From: Clostridium phage slur17
Strand: one strand, 5' to 3'
Sequence record: LN881738.1
DNA length: 41,318 nt
A program made the position numbers and the translations under genes. Below are positions 9,985-20,464 of this stretch, one piece after another; the first letter of the stretch is position 1; every line of letters begins with the position of its first letter. The notes below the pieces were generated by a model that was given only the letters and a program-made list of their open reading frames with translations, searched no databases and was not told where the DNA came from.

Positions 9985-10593
9985 TTATAATAAATTACTA
10001 ATATCTCCACCATTTAGCAAAGCTCTTTCAATTTCATTTATTTTCTCAACCTCATTTTTAGGAAGTGGTATAGCATGTATTTTTTTCATTTTCCTATAAA
10101 AATCTTTTTGCGCTTTTGGCATATCTCCACTTATATCCATTGCCCTGTAACCCATAATTTTAACTATCTCAGTATCTTCTTTCAAGGATTTAAATAGCGC
10201 TTTAAATTTCCACCAGTGTAATTTTTCTATGTCTTGCAAGTCAATCCCATATTGCCCTAGAAAAGCGGAATATATATACTCGTCGTCATGGTCATACGAA
10301 TATATTTGCCCCTTACTAGAACCACCCGCACCACTTTGACAACTATCATTAATATCATTTTCTTTTTTCCCGCACGAATAAAACCATATAATTTTATCTA
10401 TAGCCACCGTAGTATTTATAGGTATTACAGGGTAATATAAAGAAAGTGCATTTTTCCCTTTTTCCTCGTCACTTATAGAATCATCTTGTATCAACATTTC
10501 AAACAGAATTGATATTCTAAAATCTGTATTAATTTTATATTCTTCCCCATCAATTTCAACGTTTTCGGGAAGTACATCTATTAACATATTCAT
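9985..10593 (-). CDS. Tail assembly chaperone (Gp15-like)
   Basis: 202-aa acidic protein between major tail protein and tape measure; overlaps the upstream chaperone gene by 1 nt, as usual for the chaperone pair. Confidence 0.5.
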   Translation of the reverse strand: MNMLIDVLPENVEIDGEEYKINTDFRISILFEMLIQDDSISDEEKGKNALSLYYPVIPINTTVAIDKIIWFYSCGKKENDINDSCQSGAGGSSKGQIYSYDHDDEYIYSAFLGQYGIDLQDIEKLHWWKFKALFKSLKEDTEIVKIMGYRAMDISGDMPKAQKDFYRKMKKIHAIPLPKNEVEKINEIERALLNGGDISNLL

Positions 10594-10955
10594 TATTTTT
10601 TAGCTCTACGTTGCGCTCGGTTTGGCGTATACTTTGATACAGCTGAGGCGAAAAATTCTTCCCCCTCTTGTTTCTGTCTATTAACTTCTTCTATTAATTC
10701 AAAAAAAGCATTTGAGCATACCTTTAAATTTCTCTTATCTCCAAACATTTTATTTGATGTGCCTTCCCCGAAAATATCGTCAAAGCATTTAAAAATTAAA
10801 TTACATATATCTCTAATCATTTCATAACCTTTGGTTGCCTCTTTCTCAACTTTTCCCGTTTCAGTAATAGTCAAGCCTATTGTTTTTTCAATGTTTTCAT
10901 ATTCATCAGCATCATATATATCAAAATCTTTTAATTCTATATTATTAATTAACAT
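10593..10955 (-). CDS. Tail assembly chaperone
   Basis: 120-aa acidic protein immediately downstream of the major tail protein gene; synteny. Confidence 0.5.
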   Translation of the reverse strand: MLINNIELKDFDIYDADEYENIEKTIGLTITETGKVEKEATKGYEMIRDICNLIFKCFDDIFGEGTSNKMFGDKRNLKVCSNAFFELIEEVNRQKQEGEEFFASAVSKYTPNRAQRRAKK

Positions 10956-11012
10956 CTTTTGAATCTCCTTATTTTTAATTATTTATATAAATATTTTAAT
11001 TCAATTATATAG

Positions 11013-11813
11013 CTACTCTTTTACTGTAACAGTAGCTATTCCTGCCTTTTTCGCTTTATTGCCCGAATTAACCTCTACTATCAATATTTTATCCCCTTCA
11101 TTTGCTGTTATATCCTCAGTACCATCCCAAGTAGTATATCCAACTGAACAATCAGCATCTAATGCTGGAACTGAAACACTTGCCCCAGTCTTATATTTAT
11201 AACTATTTCCACTTTCAAGACCTGGAGTAACGGTTACTTTTGTATCCCCTGTGTTAGTACCCGCAATTGAATTTACAGTTAAAATCTTTAAACTTTCAGC
11301 TGGTGGTGCTTCTTCCCCAACCTCCGTGAAAATCTTTGTCTGAGTGTTAAATTCTCCATCTACAAAATTACCAACGCTATTTAAGTTCCCGCTGACAATA
11401 ATTGTTTCTCCTCCTGCTCCTGCAAGCCCAGAGACTTCAACTGACACTCTAAATTTTCTAGCCTTAAAAGTATTATCTTTTCCTTCAACTGGTAAAAATA
11501 ATTCTACTCTTAAATAATCTCTTTCAGCATCTGCGCCAGTTGCCTGGTCTCTACCTATCTTATAAAGTTCCATTATAGCCTTTTCGCTTTTAATTAAATC
11601 CGACTCAAACGGGAATTGTGTTTGGTAAGATTTTATAGCACTAGTACTGTTTCTATCGTTTATATATGTTTTAGAGTCACTTTGCGCGGATGGGTTCTCG
11701 TCTAATGTATTAAATCCTGCCCCCATCAACTCCCAAGAATTTTGTCCATCGTCTCCTAAAATTCCTAAATAATCCGCAATTTTATATCTTTGTATCGTTT
11801 CTATTCCTGCCAT
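11013..11813 (-). CDS. Major tail protein
   Basis: 266-aa protein between the head-tail joining genes and the chaperones; Thr/Gly/Val-rich C-terminal part consistent with an Ig-like decoration domain. Confidence 0.6.
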   Translation of the reverse strand: MAGIETIQRYKIADYLGILGDDGQNSWELMGAGFNTLDENPSAQSDSKTYINDRNSTSAIKSYQTQFPFESDLIKSEKAIMELYKIGRDQATGADAERDYLRVELFLPVEGKDNTFKARKFRVSVEVSGLAGAGGETIIVSGNLNSVGNFVDGEFNTQTKIFTEVGEEAPPAESLKILTVNSIAGTNTGDTKVTVTPGLESGNSYKYKTGASVSVPALDADCSVGYTTWDGTEDITANEGDKILIVEVNSGNKAKKAGIATVTVKE

Positions 11814-11815
11814 TT

Positions 11816-12247
11816 TTATATTTCTCCTTTTTCAAAATATTTTAGTTTTAATTGTATTTGATATTGTGCTGTGTCTATACTTGTTTGAACTGGATAACCT
11901 GTAGTACTTACCTCTAGTGACATAGACTCTTTATTTCCATCTAAAACAGGTAAATTGCCATTTAAATTTTCTCTATATATCCAGTCCGCAAATTGTTCGT
12001 AAAACTGGCTATTTTCTATATTCTGCATAACATCAGACCCATAAGACTCTCTACTTGCAAATATAAAAACAAATTGTTTTATAGAGTCGCCATTTACAAA
12101 TTTTTTTACAATCGTTTCAGCTGGAACAGTCTCAATTGTATAAGAAGTAAATTCCTCCGCTAAAAATTCAACATTTATACTTTTTGCAAATTCATCTAAG
12201 TAGGGGCATTTTTTTATAAACTCTCTAACGCTTTCAACTATAGTCAC
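11816..12247 (-). CDS. Head-tail joining / tail completion protein
   Basis: 143 aa; one of four small overlapping ORFs between capsid and major tail genes. Confidence 0.45.
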   Translation of the reverse strand: MTIVESVREFIKKCPYLDEFAKSINVEFLAEEFTSYTIETVPAETIVKKFVNGDSIKQFVFIFASRESYGSDVMQNIENSQFYEQFADWIYRENLNGNLPVLDGNKESMSLEVSTTGYPVQTSIDTAQYQIQLKLKYFEKGEI

Positions 12248-12591
12248 TCTCTACTACCTCCAATAAACCTAGCAACAGACCCTATCAGCTCATCTTTATT
12301 GTCTGCTAACATTCTTTTATCCCAATACTTGCCTCTTTTGCCTCCTGCCCCCATACCTTCTGAACCACGCCCAGAATTATTATAGTAATGTATTTTAGCG
12401 TAAGGCTGTATATACTTTATCTTGTCAACTTCTTCTCTAGCTGTATTTTTCAACGTTCCACTTTGTTTAGGGACATAAGAGTCTGAAAGCCTTCTAACTT
12501 CATGGGTAAAAAATTTTTGTGCCTTCCCGCCTCTTTCAAGACCCCGCTCTCTCATTATTCTAGCAACGTCAATATCTACGTGTACATTCAT
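12244..12591 (-). CDS. Head-tail joining protein
   Basis: 115 aa; 4-nt overlap with downstream gene; synteny. Confidence 0.45.
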   Translation of the reverse strand: MNVHVDIDVARIMRERGLERGGKAQKFFTHEVRRLSDSYVPKQSGTLKNTAREEVDKIKYIQPYAKIHYYNNSGRGSEGMGAGGKRGKYWDKRMLADNKDELIGSVARFIGGSRE

Positions 12592-12597
12592 CCCATA

Positions 12598-13041
12598 TCA
12601 TTCTGCCTCCAACTCTATATGTCGCATTCTTATGCTCCCAAAATCACATTTAATGACTGATTTTATAATACTGACATCATCAAATTTACTTTGTAATTCT
12701 CTTAATGTATAAGGCTTAACGCTAGTTATTTCAAAGTCTACGACCTCTTTTACAATAATATCGCCAACCTTGAAAGTATAAAATTTTTCCTTTTCGATTT
12801 CATCTAATTCATAATATTTGAAAGGGTCTATATATTTCTTCCCTCTTGCATTTGCAGAAAAGGGAACTATAACCTTAACACTATCAGCACTTAACAACCC
12901 CTTATCTGTAACAGCTATATTTTTAGAACCTTGATAATCTACTCCAATTAAATAAGCCCTCTTGTATAAAGTTTTGTCAGAGTACTTATCATAATATTTA
13001 TTATATAAAGTTATATTATCTTTAAAAAACACGCTAAACAC
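12598..13041 (-). CDS. Head closure / head-tail adaptor protein
   Basis: 147 aa; synteny. Confidence 0.45.
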   Translation of the reverse strand: MFSVFFKDNITLYNKYYDKYSDKTLYKRAYLIGVDYQGSKNIAVTDKGLLSADSVKVIVPFSANARGKKYIDPFKYYELDEIEKEKFYTFKVGDIIVKEVVDFEITSVKPYTLRELQSKFDDVSIIKSVIKCDFGSIRMRHIELEAE

Positions 13042-13366
13042 CTCGATACAACAAATCTGAATCTAAATACATTTTTAAAATATCATATGCCTTTTGCTCT
13101 ATCGTTTTATTGTTAGCTGAATAAGTCACTGAATGACTTCCAATACTTTCAGACTGAATTTCTTTGTCGCCTTCCAGGTTACTTTTATATATGAGGTCAG
13201 CAATCTCACAAGTGGCTATTTTTATTTCTTCTGTAACTTCTTCTATTCTATTAAAAGTATTATAATCTATATACTTAGTTGCTCTTATTGCATATTTATT
13301 AAATTTGTCCTGTGGGATTTCTCCCCCAAGAGTGCTATAAAATTCATAGTCTATATACATATTCAT
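13034..13366 (-). CDS. Head-tail connector protein
   Basis: 110 aa; immediately downstream of the major capsid gene. Confidence 0.45.
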   Translation of the reverse strand: MNMYIDYEFYSTLGGEIPQDKFNKYAIRATKYIDYNTFNRIEEVTEEIKIATCEIADLIYKSNLEGDKEIQSESIGSHSVTYSANNKTIEQKAYDILKMYLDSDLLYRGV

Positions 13367-13369
13367 AGC

Positions 13370-14443
13370 CTACCCTCTCGAAATAATTCTAGCGATAGGT
13401 ATAGCCTTATGGTTTATATAAGTTTTAGACCCATTCGAACTATCATTCACAAGCTCCCAATTTGCTCCGTTTTTCAGTTCTGCATCAGTTGGAGATGCTG
13501 TTGCAACTGCTTTTTTAGTAAAGCTAATACCATATGGCGCAAATACTTTTCTTTGTCTACTATATAAGTAATCTTCTCCACCATTTTTACCTGGAGCCCT
13601 ATCCATTTCATATGGGACTTTTGCACCAACATCCTCGAAGTCAATAGAATTTTCCCCAAGCACATATGTTGTATACTCTGTGTATCCATCATTTGAACCC
13701 TCTGAACTTTCAGCGACCTCTCTAGTTGGCATATTGTCATCAATTAAGACTAATTTGCCACCCCAAGTTCCTAACTTCATCTCCCTTTGAATACCTTGTG
13801 GGTCAGTATATTTTAACCTAGCAACAAGATTTAAATTTTCTAAGTTAGTTGATATAACACTGTGCATTATAACAAGTGCAAATTTTTCTTTATTATCTCC
13901 ACAAGCTTTTTGAGTTGCACTATTAAGAGTTTCGGCTTTAACCTTTTGATTTTCTGTTTCTGCTTCTTTCGTTATATCAAAAGTATGATTGTCAACAAAT
14001 TCTAAATTTTTCGCCCCTGTCATTGCGAAAATACCTTCCAGAACAGCTAACAAAGTTTTTTGGTCTATATTATCCCAATATTTAGCAACTTGATTTCCTA
14101 CATTCTCCATAAAAGGAACTCCGCCGGTTACGTCCTGGCTAAAGTCTTTTTCCACCCACGATTTAGCTCTACCAACAACAATTACAGACTGCGAAAAGGT
14201 CTTTGTTGTAGTTGCTACTATATCCGTTTGTCCGTCGTAATTGACTGGGTCGCCATCAATCAAGCCAAGCATTGGAATAGTTGCATAATTTGCTCCCGAT
14301 TGGGCTGAAAACATAGCCTTTAAATCGTCCCTTCTTCTTATTGCTCCAGACTTTATTAATTCGTCCCTATTTAGATTAGGTACAGTCTCAACGTATTTTC
14401 CAAACACTTCTCCATTAAAAATTTTTGAATCAAATAAACTCAT
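13370..14443 (-). CDS. Major capsid protein
   Basis: 357 aa; follows the coiled-coil scaffold gene and precedes the connector genes. Confidence 0.7.
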   Translation of the reverse strand: MSLFDSKIFNGEVFGKYVETVPNLNRDELIKSGAIRRRDDLKAMFSAQSGANYATIPMLGLIDGDPVNYDGQTDIVATTTKTFSQSVIVVGRAKSWVEKDFSQDVTGGVPFMENVGNQVAKYWDNIDQKTLLAVLEGIFAMTGAKNLEFVDNHTFDITKEAETENQKVKAETLNSATQKACGDNKEKFALVIMHSVISTNLENLNLVARLKYTDPQGIQREMKLGTWGGKLVLIDDNMPTREVAESSEGSNDGYTEYTTYVLGENSIDFEDVGAKVPYEMDRAPGKNGGEDYLYSRQRKVFAPYGISFTKKAVATASPTDAELKNGANWELVNDSSNGSKTYINHKAIPIARIISRG

Positions 14444-14453
14444 TTTCTACCTC

Positions 14454-15026
14454 CTATATGTTCAACATTTCTCTATTTTTTGCTATCATTTGTTCCATTA
14501 AACTTACTTTAGACTCTCCAGCATCTCCACCGCTAGAACTAACAACCTTTGGAACACTATTGCCATTTATAAAAGCCCCTGGGTCATTTGCCTGCAATTC
14601 TTTTATATAATCATCTGCTCCCTCAAAAGCCCCGTTCTTATATTCAAGTCCCTTCTCTTTCATTTTTATTTTTACAGCCTCTTTTGAGAGATTGCTAGAA
14701 AACTTAAAATTACTTAAATAATTATCTAAATTTAAGTTATAAGTTTGCTCTGACATTTGATTTTCAATCAATTCCTTATCTTTTTGAGCCTGTTCGGCTT
14801 TACTCTTCCAGTCATCAACCTCTTTTTTTATACTCTCAACATCTATTTTTTCTAAGTCTTTAATTTTATTATTAGCTGTTTCGAGTTCAGTATTTTTACT
14901 TTCCAATTCTTCTTTTTTCTTTTCTACTTCTTTTTTATACTTTTCTATATCCCTCCCATTTTCGGACATGATTTTTTCTATAACCTCATCCTCTAAATTT
15001 AAATCTTTCAAAAACTCTCTTTTCAT
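14454..15026 (-). CDS. Scaffolding protein
   Basis: 190-aa strongly Glu/Lys-rich coiled-coil protein directly upstream of the capsid gene. Confidence 0.6.
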   Translation of the reverse strand: MKREFLKDLNLEDEVIEKIMSENGRDIEKYKKEVEKKKEELESKNTELETANNKIKDLEKIDVESIKKEVDDWKSKAEQAQKDKELIENQMSEQTYNLNLDNYLSNFKFSSNLSKEAVKIKMKEKGLEYKNGAFEGADDYIKELQANDPGAFINGNSVPKVVSSSGGDAGESKVSLMEQMIAKNREMLNI

Positions 15027-15157
15027 AAAAACCTCCTGTTTTCATTTACAATTACGCTTTTTTACGTGGTAGCATCACATATTGTCTAACTTTTTACGTC
15101 GCTTAGTAGACATCTATATAAATGAATTAAGTATTTTAAGCATAAAAATAAGTCTTA

Positions 15158-15439
15158 TTAATATAAGACTTCCTCATATGTTTCTCTAAATATATCAGCC
15201 TTGCATGGATATAGTTCTCCTTTTATCCCTTGAATAATGTAATCACCTACATTAGCCTCGTGTATACCTTCAAGCGTCTTTATATACATGCGTGGAGATA
15301 ATTCCCCTAGACTCTGTTCAATCCAAACATTGCCACTCTCAATAGCCTTAACTATCCATATTGGTTCTTCCTTTTGTTCTATACTTCCTAGCCATTTAAA
15401 AGCTTCAACAGTAACTGGCTTCTTTCTATATTTCCCCAT
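15158..15439 (-). CDS. Hypothetical protein (moron in head module)
   Basis: 93-aa ORF (MGKYRKKPVTVEAFKW...) between minor head protein and scaffold genes; a 9-bp-stem hairpin (about 15141-15165) overlaps its stop codon. Confidence 0.45.
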   Translation of the reverse strand: MGKYRKKPVTVEAFKWLGSIEQKEEPIWIVKAIESGNVWIEQSLGELSPRMYIKTLEGIHEANVGDYIIQGIKGELYPCKADIFRETYEEVLY

Positions 15440-15454
15440 TTAAAGCACTCCTTT

Positions 15455-15805
15455 TTATAAAGCATCTAATTCCATAAATACTTTTAGCATTTTAGGAAAC
15501 TGTATCGCAAAATAGTCAACCATTTCCTCGTTTCTAGCCCAATCGCTATTACTCTTTAACCCGCTTTCAGATAAAAAAGCATGTATAACTTCATGTCTAA
15601 GAACTTGTTTTTCATAAAAGTTCAAATCCTCTAAACTTTCATCTGAATGCTCCATTTTAGCGATTATAATCTTGTTTACAGTATCATCCATAAAACCATC
15701 AAATTTAACCATTAAAGGCTCTTTTTCTTTGGTACAATTTTTCAATATAGTATATTTAGTCCCTAATATTTCAACATCCATTTTATTTCTCCTTTTTGCC
15801 AGCAT
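15455..15805 (-). CDS. Small HExxH-motif protein (putative Zn metallopeptidase-like)
   Basis: 116 aa containing RHEVIHAF, a HExxH zinc-binding signature; overlaps the 3' end of the minor head protein gene. Confidence 0.45.
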   Translation of the reverse strand: MLAKRRNKMDVEILGTKYTILKNCTKEKEPLMVKFDGFMDDTVNKIIIAKMEHSDESLEDLNFYEKQVLRHEVIHAFLSESGLKSNSDWARNEEMVDYFAIQFPKMLKVFMELDAL

Positions 15806-17006
15806 AAACAGCCTTTTGGCTGATGCTCTTATTATATCCTAACACCTGGTGTCTATCATTCTGCAACCTCAATTTAGCAACCTTACTAAACTCTCTATAT
15901 TCTTGCTTCTGTCTTTGCAACTTTATACTTGCATTTGTAAACTCATCTTTAAGACCAGCAGACTCATAAGCAATTAGTTGTCTCTTAGTCTGCCTCATAG
16001 CTGTTTCAATTTTGCGCTGATACTGCAACGCTTGATAATGCGTATAAGTTCGCCCCTTATATCCAATATCGGGAGGGTCTATATTTTTTAATTGCTCTTT
16101 AGTGTAAGCAGGAACAGAGATACCAGGTACAACTGCATGAAATTGATGCGAACAGTTCCAACCTCCTAATCCATCACCCTGTCCCCAGCCTGTAACAGCC
16201 CTTAAAGAAGGGTATTTCGTACTTTTACCACTTAAACTATACCATTTGCCCTGCCATTTCTTATGATTTTTAATGCCTGCACCCTCGCACCTTGCCCCCG
16301 AGTGAGCTGTAACTTCTACTATATCAGTATCCAAATCCTCTATAACTTTATTATTAATATTCTGTGACATCTGATTAACACCAGTAAGCACAGCCCTTCT
16401 AGTTGCAACATCTATCCTATTAGCCCAGCCAGTTTCATAATCTATAAACCTTAAACCACTATCTGCAAGCCTCTTGACTGCTTTTTTAACTGCTGTCTTA
16501 TAATCCAAGACTCCTGTACTGACTTGAAATTGCGCTAAGTCTAAAGACTCTATATATATGTCTGTAAGTTTCTTACTAATAACTTTACCTTTTTTAATAG
16601 TACAAAATCCTAATGTACCTGTCATATTCTTCAGTTTACCCTTAGTTTGCTCTTTAGCTGAAGAAACATAGTTCTTAAGTTCTTCAGAACTATTCAAGTG
16701 TATTGGTGTTAATTTAGCATGTTCATATAAAGCACTATCACTTTCAATAGATTTTATAGCACTTTCTTCAAATAACTTGTCAACTGCCTCAAAAGAGATA
16801 CCAAGTATTTCAGCAATTTTCATTTTAATTACTTTATCAGCCATCCCAATCTCTTCTGCTCTTATTAACTGCCATTCTGCCATATCTGTAATATTCCCAG
16901 CCTTTGCAATACGTCTTGCAATATCTGCTATTACAAAGTCCTCTAAAGTTTGAAATAAGCCAATAAAATACTTAGGAATTTCTTGTAACTCATTAGGTGT
17001 TAACAT
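15783..17006 (-). CDS. Minor head protein (phage Mu F-like / SPP1 gp7-like)
   Basis: 407 aa immediately after portal; contains GWNCSHQF, consistent with the conserved Cys-containing motif of the Mu F head morphogenesis domain. Confidence 0.65.
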   Translation of the reverse strand: MLTPNELQEIPKYFIGLFQTLEDFVIADIARRIAKAGNITDMAEWQLIRAEEIGMADKVIKMKIAEILGISFEAVDKLFEESAIKSIESDSALYEHAKLTPIHLNSSEELKNYVSSAKEQTKGKLKNMTGTLGFCTIKKGKVISKKLTDIYIESLDLAQFQVSTGVLDYKTAVKKAVKRLADSGLRFIDYETGWANRIDVATRRAVLTGVNQMSQNINNKVIEDLDTDIVEVTAHSGARCEGAGIKNHKKWQGKWYSLSGKSTKYPSLRAVTGWGQGDGLGGWNCSHQFHAVVPGISVPAYTKEQLKNIDPPDIGYKGRTYTHYQALQYQRKIETAMRQTKRQLIAYESAGLKDEFTNASIKLQRQKQEYREFSKVAKLRLQNDRHQVLGYNKSISQKAVYAGKKEK

Positions 17007-18419
17007 CTATATACCATCCTTGTCAAAAGGATTATCCTCTACTAATTCCCCCGTGTCGGGCATCATTTTCAAAGCCTCTTCCTCTGTGACTCCATATTTT
17101 TTCATAATATACAATTCGGGTCTAATTAATCCAGATGCGACATCCTGTTGCATTGCTAAGAGTTCAGAATCTTTGTCTATTATTACGCTATCGTCCCAAT
17201 TAAAAGTCGTTTCATACTTCAAACTAGGAGTAAATCCTGCCAAAATAGACCACTTATCTATAGAATAAATTAATCCCTCTAGGGCATCCTCTAAAGACTT
17301 TTGTATATCCTTAACAGTAGAGTATAAACGTTGCTTACTAGTTTTTATTTCTGTTGCTGTTTTTTCAATCTCTTGTGCATCTGATATAATCCCGTATGAC
17401 AATCCACAATTGAACTCTATTTTTCTTAGTAATTGATTAAGCCCAGCGTAAAGACTCGAATCCCTTATGGCTGGTGAAAACACATTCCATTTATTGTCTC
17501 CATCCTCCATTTCTAACATCCTGTACAGTCGTTTCTTGCCATGCGGAACTTCATATTCTCCATTTGCGTTTCTTCTGAACATACTAGAATCTGCATCAAT
17601 TGCTATCTCTGTAGCCTCATACTCCCACAAAATCCTCGAATATTGTTTATCAGCCTCTTTTATTAAGTCAACTGCTCTTGAAAAAACAGAAACGCCCAGA
17701 GCTGATGAGTTTTCTAAACTATTAGCCTGCGGGATTTTAAAGTATGCAAATAAAGGTCTTTCAATTCCTTCTAATACTAACTCTTCTGAAAGCTCTGCCC
17801 ATTCGGGAACATCACTTAATCTAATTCTCTTCCCTAAGTCATTTGAATAACCAATTAATCTTGCTGTATTACTCTTATATGCGTAATTAGAGATAGTATA
17901 AGAAGTAGAAGTCCAATTATGATATTCTAATCTGGTATATTTAATATCACCTTTAACTTTTATTTCAGAAAAAATAGCTGATGTAATATCACCTGTAGAA
18001 CTATATTCAACAGGGAAAAAATTACTTGCCTGGACATAATCAACTTCTATTTTATTCCTGCCTATATACGGTTTAAATACTAATCCACCAGCCACACACG
18101 CATATTCACAATACTTTCTTATGTCTTTCAATACCTCTTGATATTGTTCATTTAAAAAGTCATTTCCAACTATTTCACTTTCAAGTTCTAGTGTAACAAG
18201 GCGTGCAACTTCACTTGATATTGCACTTGGCAAATTCAAACTCTTAGTTGTTTCATTTAACCACGGGGCTTTGTTTTTGTACATAGCCATCCACGAGTCA
18301 ATTGCTCTTGACATCTTATCACTAACAGCTATATCTACCTTTAATTCATTTTGTATAGAACTCTTATTAAACAACTTGTTAATCACCCCCCTTATAGCAT
18401 TTTTCAATCCTTCAAACAT
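17007..18419 (-). CDS. Portal protein
   Basis: 470 aa; abuts the large terminase stop codon with no gap. Confidence 0.75.
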   Translation of the reverse strand: MFEGLKNAIRGVINKLFNKSSIQNELKVDIAVSDKMSRAIDSWMAMYKNKAPWLNETTKSLNLPSAISSEVARLVTLELESEIVGNDFLNEQYQEVLKDIRKYCEYACVAGGLVFKPYIGRNKIEVDYVQASNFFPVEYSSTGDITSAIFSEIKVKGDIKYTRLEYHNWTSTSYTISNYAYKSNTARLIGYSNDLGKRIRLSDVPEWAELSEELVLEGIERPLFAYFKIPQANSLENSSALGVSVFSRAVDLIKEADKQYSRILWEYEATEIAIDADSSMFRRNANGEYEVPHGKKRLYRMLEMEDGDNKWNVFSPAIRDSSLYAGLNQLLRKIEFNCGLSYGIISDAQEIEKTATEIKTSKQRLYSTVKDIQKSLEDALEGLIYSIDKWSILAGFTPSLKYETTFNWDDSVIIDKDSELLAMQQDVASGLIRPELYIMKKYGVTEEEALKMMPDTGELVEDNPFDKDGI

Positions 18420-19742
18420 TTAGTCACCTCTTATAAATCTTTTTAAATATCTCTCTATTGTATATTCAAAAGCATCTAAACTATCTATATCACTTGACCC
18501 ATCATCAAGTCTTACATCCTCATTAGTTTCTTTACTATCCCAAACAGCACTACATAAAGCATTAACAAGAGTTTCACTATGCTTTGTATACTCAAACCTA
18601 CCTTGACTAATTAATAAGTCTGTAAGTCTTATCCTATCGTTAATAGCACTCTTCAAAGCATTTCTAACACTAACATTTAATTTTTCTTTTTCTACTGCAT
18701 TTTTAATGCCTCGTATTAATACCTGTTCAGCACTATCGCAATAAACATAATCAACTTTACCATACAGATTTATTACCCTTTTTATAAAGTTTATAAGTAA
18801 AGCATTCAACTCGTCTGGACTGGTATCTGCACTAGGTCTTTCACTTGCAAGAGCTATTACTTTTTTATAGTTATAAGTAATTCCAGTTGCGACAAAGGCA
18901 TGATATGATTTGTTACCCCCAAAATCCACTCCAATAATAACGTCCATAAGTGGGTCAACTGTTTCAGTCTTAAATTGCTCTTTATTATTAGCAAAGTATT
19001 CATATATAAGCCCCTCGGCTACACAGCGCTGACCTAGTATATCTCTCTTGTACCAAATACTGCCCTCGTCATATTGAGATATAATTGCCCGTTTTCTCTC
19101 GTCCGAGACTGTTATATTGTCGTGGATGGTAAAGTGCTGATAGTTATACCCACCTAGTAAAGTGCCTTCCCTATCTTTTTTCATATAAGCATCAATATAT
19201 TCTTTGTAAATTGACGAGTTGGGATTATCGGGGTTTAAATCCCAAAAAATTTTACGATTAGTTGATGCTATAATTCTATTAAAAGCCTCTTTGATAGTAT
19301 TGTCATGGTGCAGATTTATCTCTGTTGCTATCCACATGCCATATGAGTTACCCCTTATTTTCTTATAACTATCAGCCTTAGCCCCTCCGGCAAAAATAAC
19401 AATCTTTTGCTTATGCTTAGTTGAAATACCTTTTACATACAAACATTCATTGCCCTTAAATTTACCCCAATGACATTGCCCTCTGAAAATATATTCAAGT
19501 CCAAAACCATTAGCATCTCCAATGTTCAATTTTGCATTTGCACTTGTAGACCCTGTTGCTAGATGTATCTTATCTTTAGATGTCTTTATCTCATGCGCAA
19601 AGGCAAATACATTGTCAACCGTCTTACCCGCTCTTACAGCGCCTTCGGCTATATTGTATGTATTGATAGCGCACTTTTTAATATATTCTTTGTGCTTATC
19701 TCCAAATCGAAAAGGTATAGTTTTCTTCTTAGTTACTGCCAT
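18420..19742 (-). CDS. terL: Terminase large subunit
   Basis: 440 aa; N-terminal P-loop GAVRAGKT, C-terminal nuclease-like acidic region; terminase-portal order. Confidence 0.85.
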   Translation of the reverse strand: MAVTKKKTIPFRFGDKHKEYIKKCAINTYNIAEGAVRAGKTVDNVFAFAHEIKTSKDKIHLATGSTSANAKLNIGDANGFGLEYIFRGQCHWGKFKGNECLYVKGISTKHKQKIVIFAGGAKADSYKKIRGNSYGMWIATEINLHHDNTIKEAFNRIIASTNRKIFWDLNPDNPNSSIYKEYIDAYMKKDREGTLLGGYNYQHFTIHDNITVSDERKRAIISQYDEGSIWYKRDILGQRCVAEGLIYEYFANNKEQFKTETVDPLMDVIIGVDFGGNKSYHAFVATGITYNYKKVIALASERPSADTSPDELNALLINFIKRVINLYGKVDYVYCDSAEQVLIRGIKNAVEKEKLNVSVRNALKSAINDRIRLTDLLISQGRFEYTKHSETLVNALCSAVWDSKETNEDVRLDDGSSDIDSLDAFEYTIERYLKRFIRGD

Positions 19743-20436
19743 AGATTTCTGCCTCTATCTCTTCTATATCCTCTATTTCTAAGTCATTACCAGTCAACTT
19801 ATTTGTTCTCGCTTTTATGTTTTCTATTCTGCTTTTTTGTTCTTCTGTTGCTAAATCCCAATTTTTATGAAGTAGTTCCTCATAGTCTTTTATCATTTTG
19901 GACAAAGCTTTAAATGCTGTCGCCTCTGCCTTCATAGCATTTGTAACTTTATCCCAAGAGTGTTGAATTTCATACTCTTTAATTTTATTACCATTTTTCT
20001 TAATGTCAGTTGTATGGTCTTTTTTATTTTTGACATGGGTAATCTTAAAAGAATCTAATATTTTCGCATACTGAACTACTATACTGTTCCAAAGAATGTC
20101 TAAAGAATTGCCACCATCCTTCTCGATATATTTAACAATCTCGTAAGTTCTAGCAGGCAAAAGCTTAGAGAAAAATCCATGAGTTCTAGCATTTTGATTA
20201 TTCGCTGGTGCGCCTCCTTCATGCCCTAAAGCATTTTGGTTGCCGGCTGGTGCGCCAACTTTCTTATTTATTCCAAGTCTATAATCCCATCTATCAATTT
20301 TTTTCCAACGACTAATATTGCAACTTTTTTCTTCTAACATTTTAGAGATATCAATTAATTTTATTCTCCCATTTTTCTCCTTGTAAATCTCAAACGCTTT
20401 TTCTCGATTGGAATTTTTTATTGAAATACAAATCAA
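19729..20436 (-). CDS. terS: Terminase small subunit
   Basis: 235 aa; N-terminal HTH-like region then GAPAGNQNALGHEGGAPANNQNA repeats; overlaps terL start by 14 nt. Confidence 0.7.
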   Translation of the reverse strand: MICISIKNSNREKAFEIYKEKNGRIKLIDISKMLEEKSCNISRWKKIDRWDYRLGINKKVGAPAGNQNALGHEGGAPANNQNARTHGFFSKLLPARTYEIVKYIEKDGGNSLDILWNSIVVQYAKILDSFKITHVKNKKDHTTDIKKNGNKIKEYEIQHSWDKVTNAMKAEATAFKALSKMIKDYEELLHKNWDLATEEQKSRIENIKARTNKLTGNDLEIEDIEEIEAEIYGSN

Positions 20437-20464
20437 CTCCTTTCAATAAAAAAAGACTAAGTAC

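Noticed and set aside
13133-14610. ORFs 13133-13567(+), 13474-13743(-), 14060-14308(+), 14425-14610(+) overlapping capsid/connector genes
   Set aside because: Overlap better-supported structural genes in other frames or strands; no ribosome-binding sites; compositionally odd.
17020-19913. Plus-strand ORFs 17020-17268, 17467-17850, 19522-19782, 19563-19913 inside portal/terminase genes
   Set aside because: Antisense to the portal and terminase genes, which have strong motif support.
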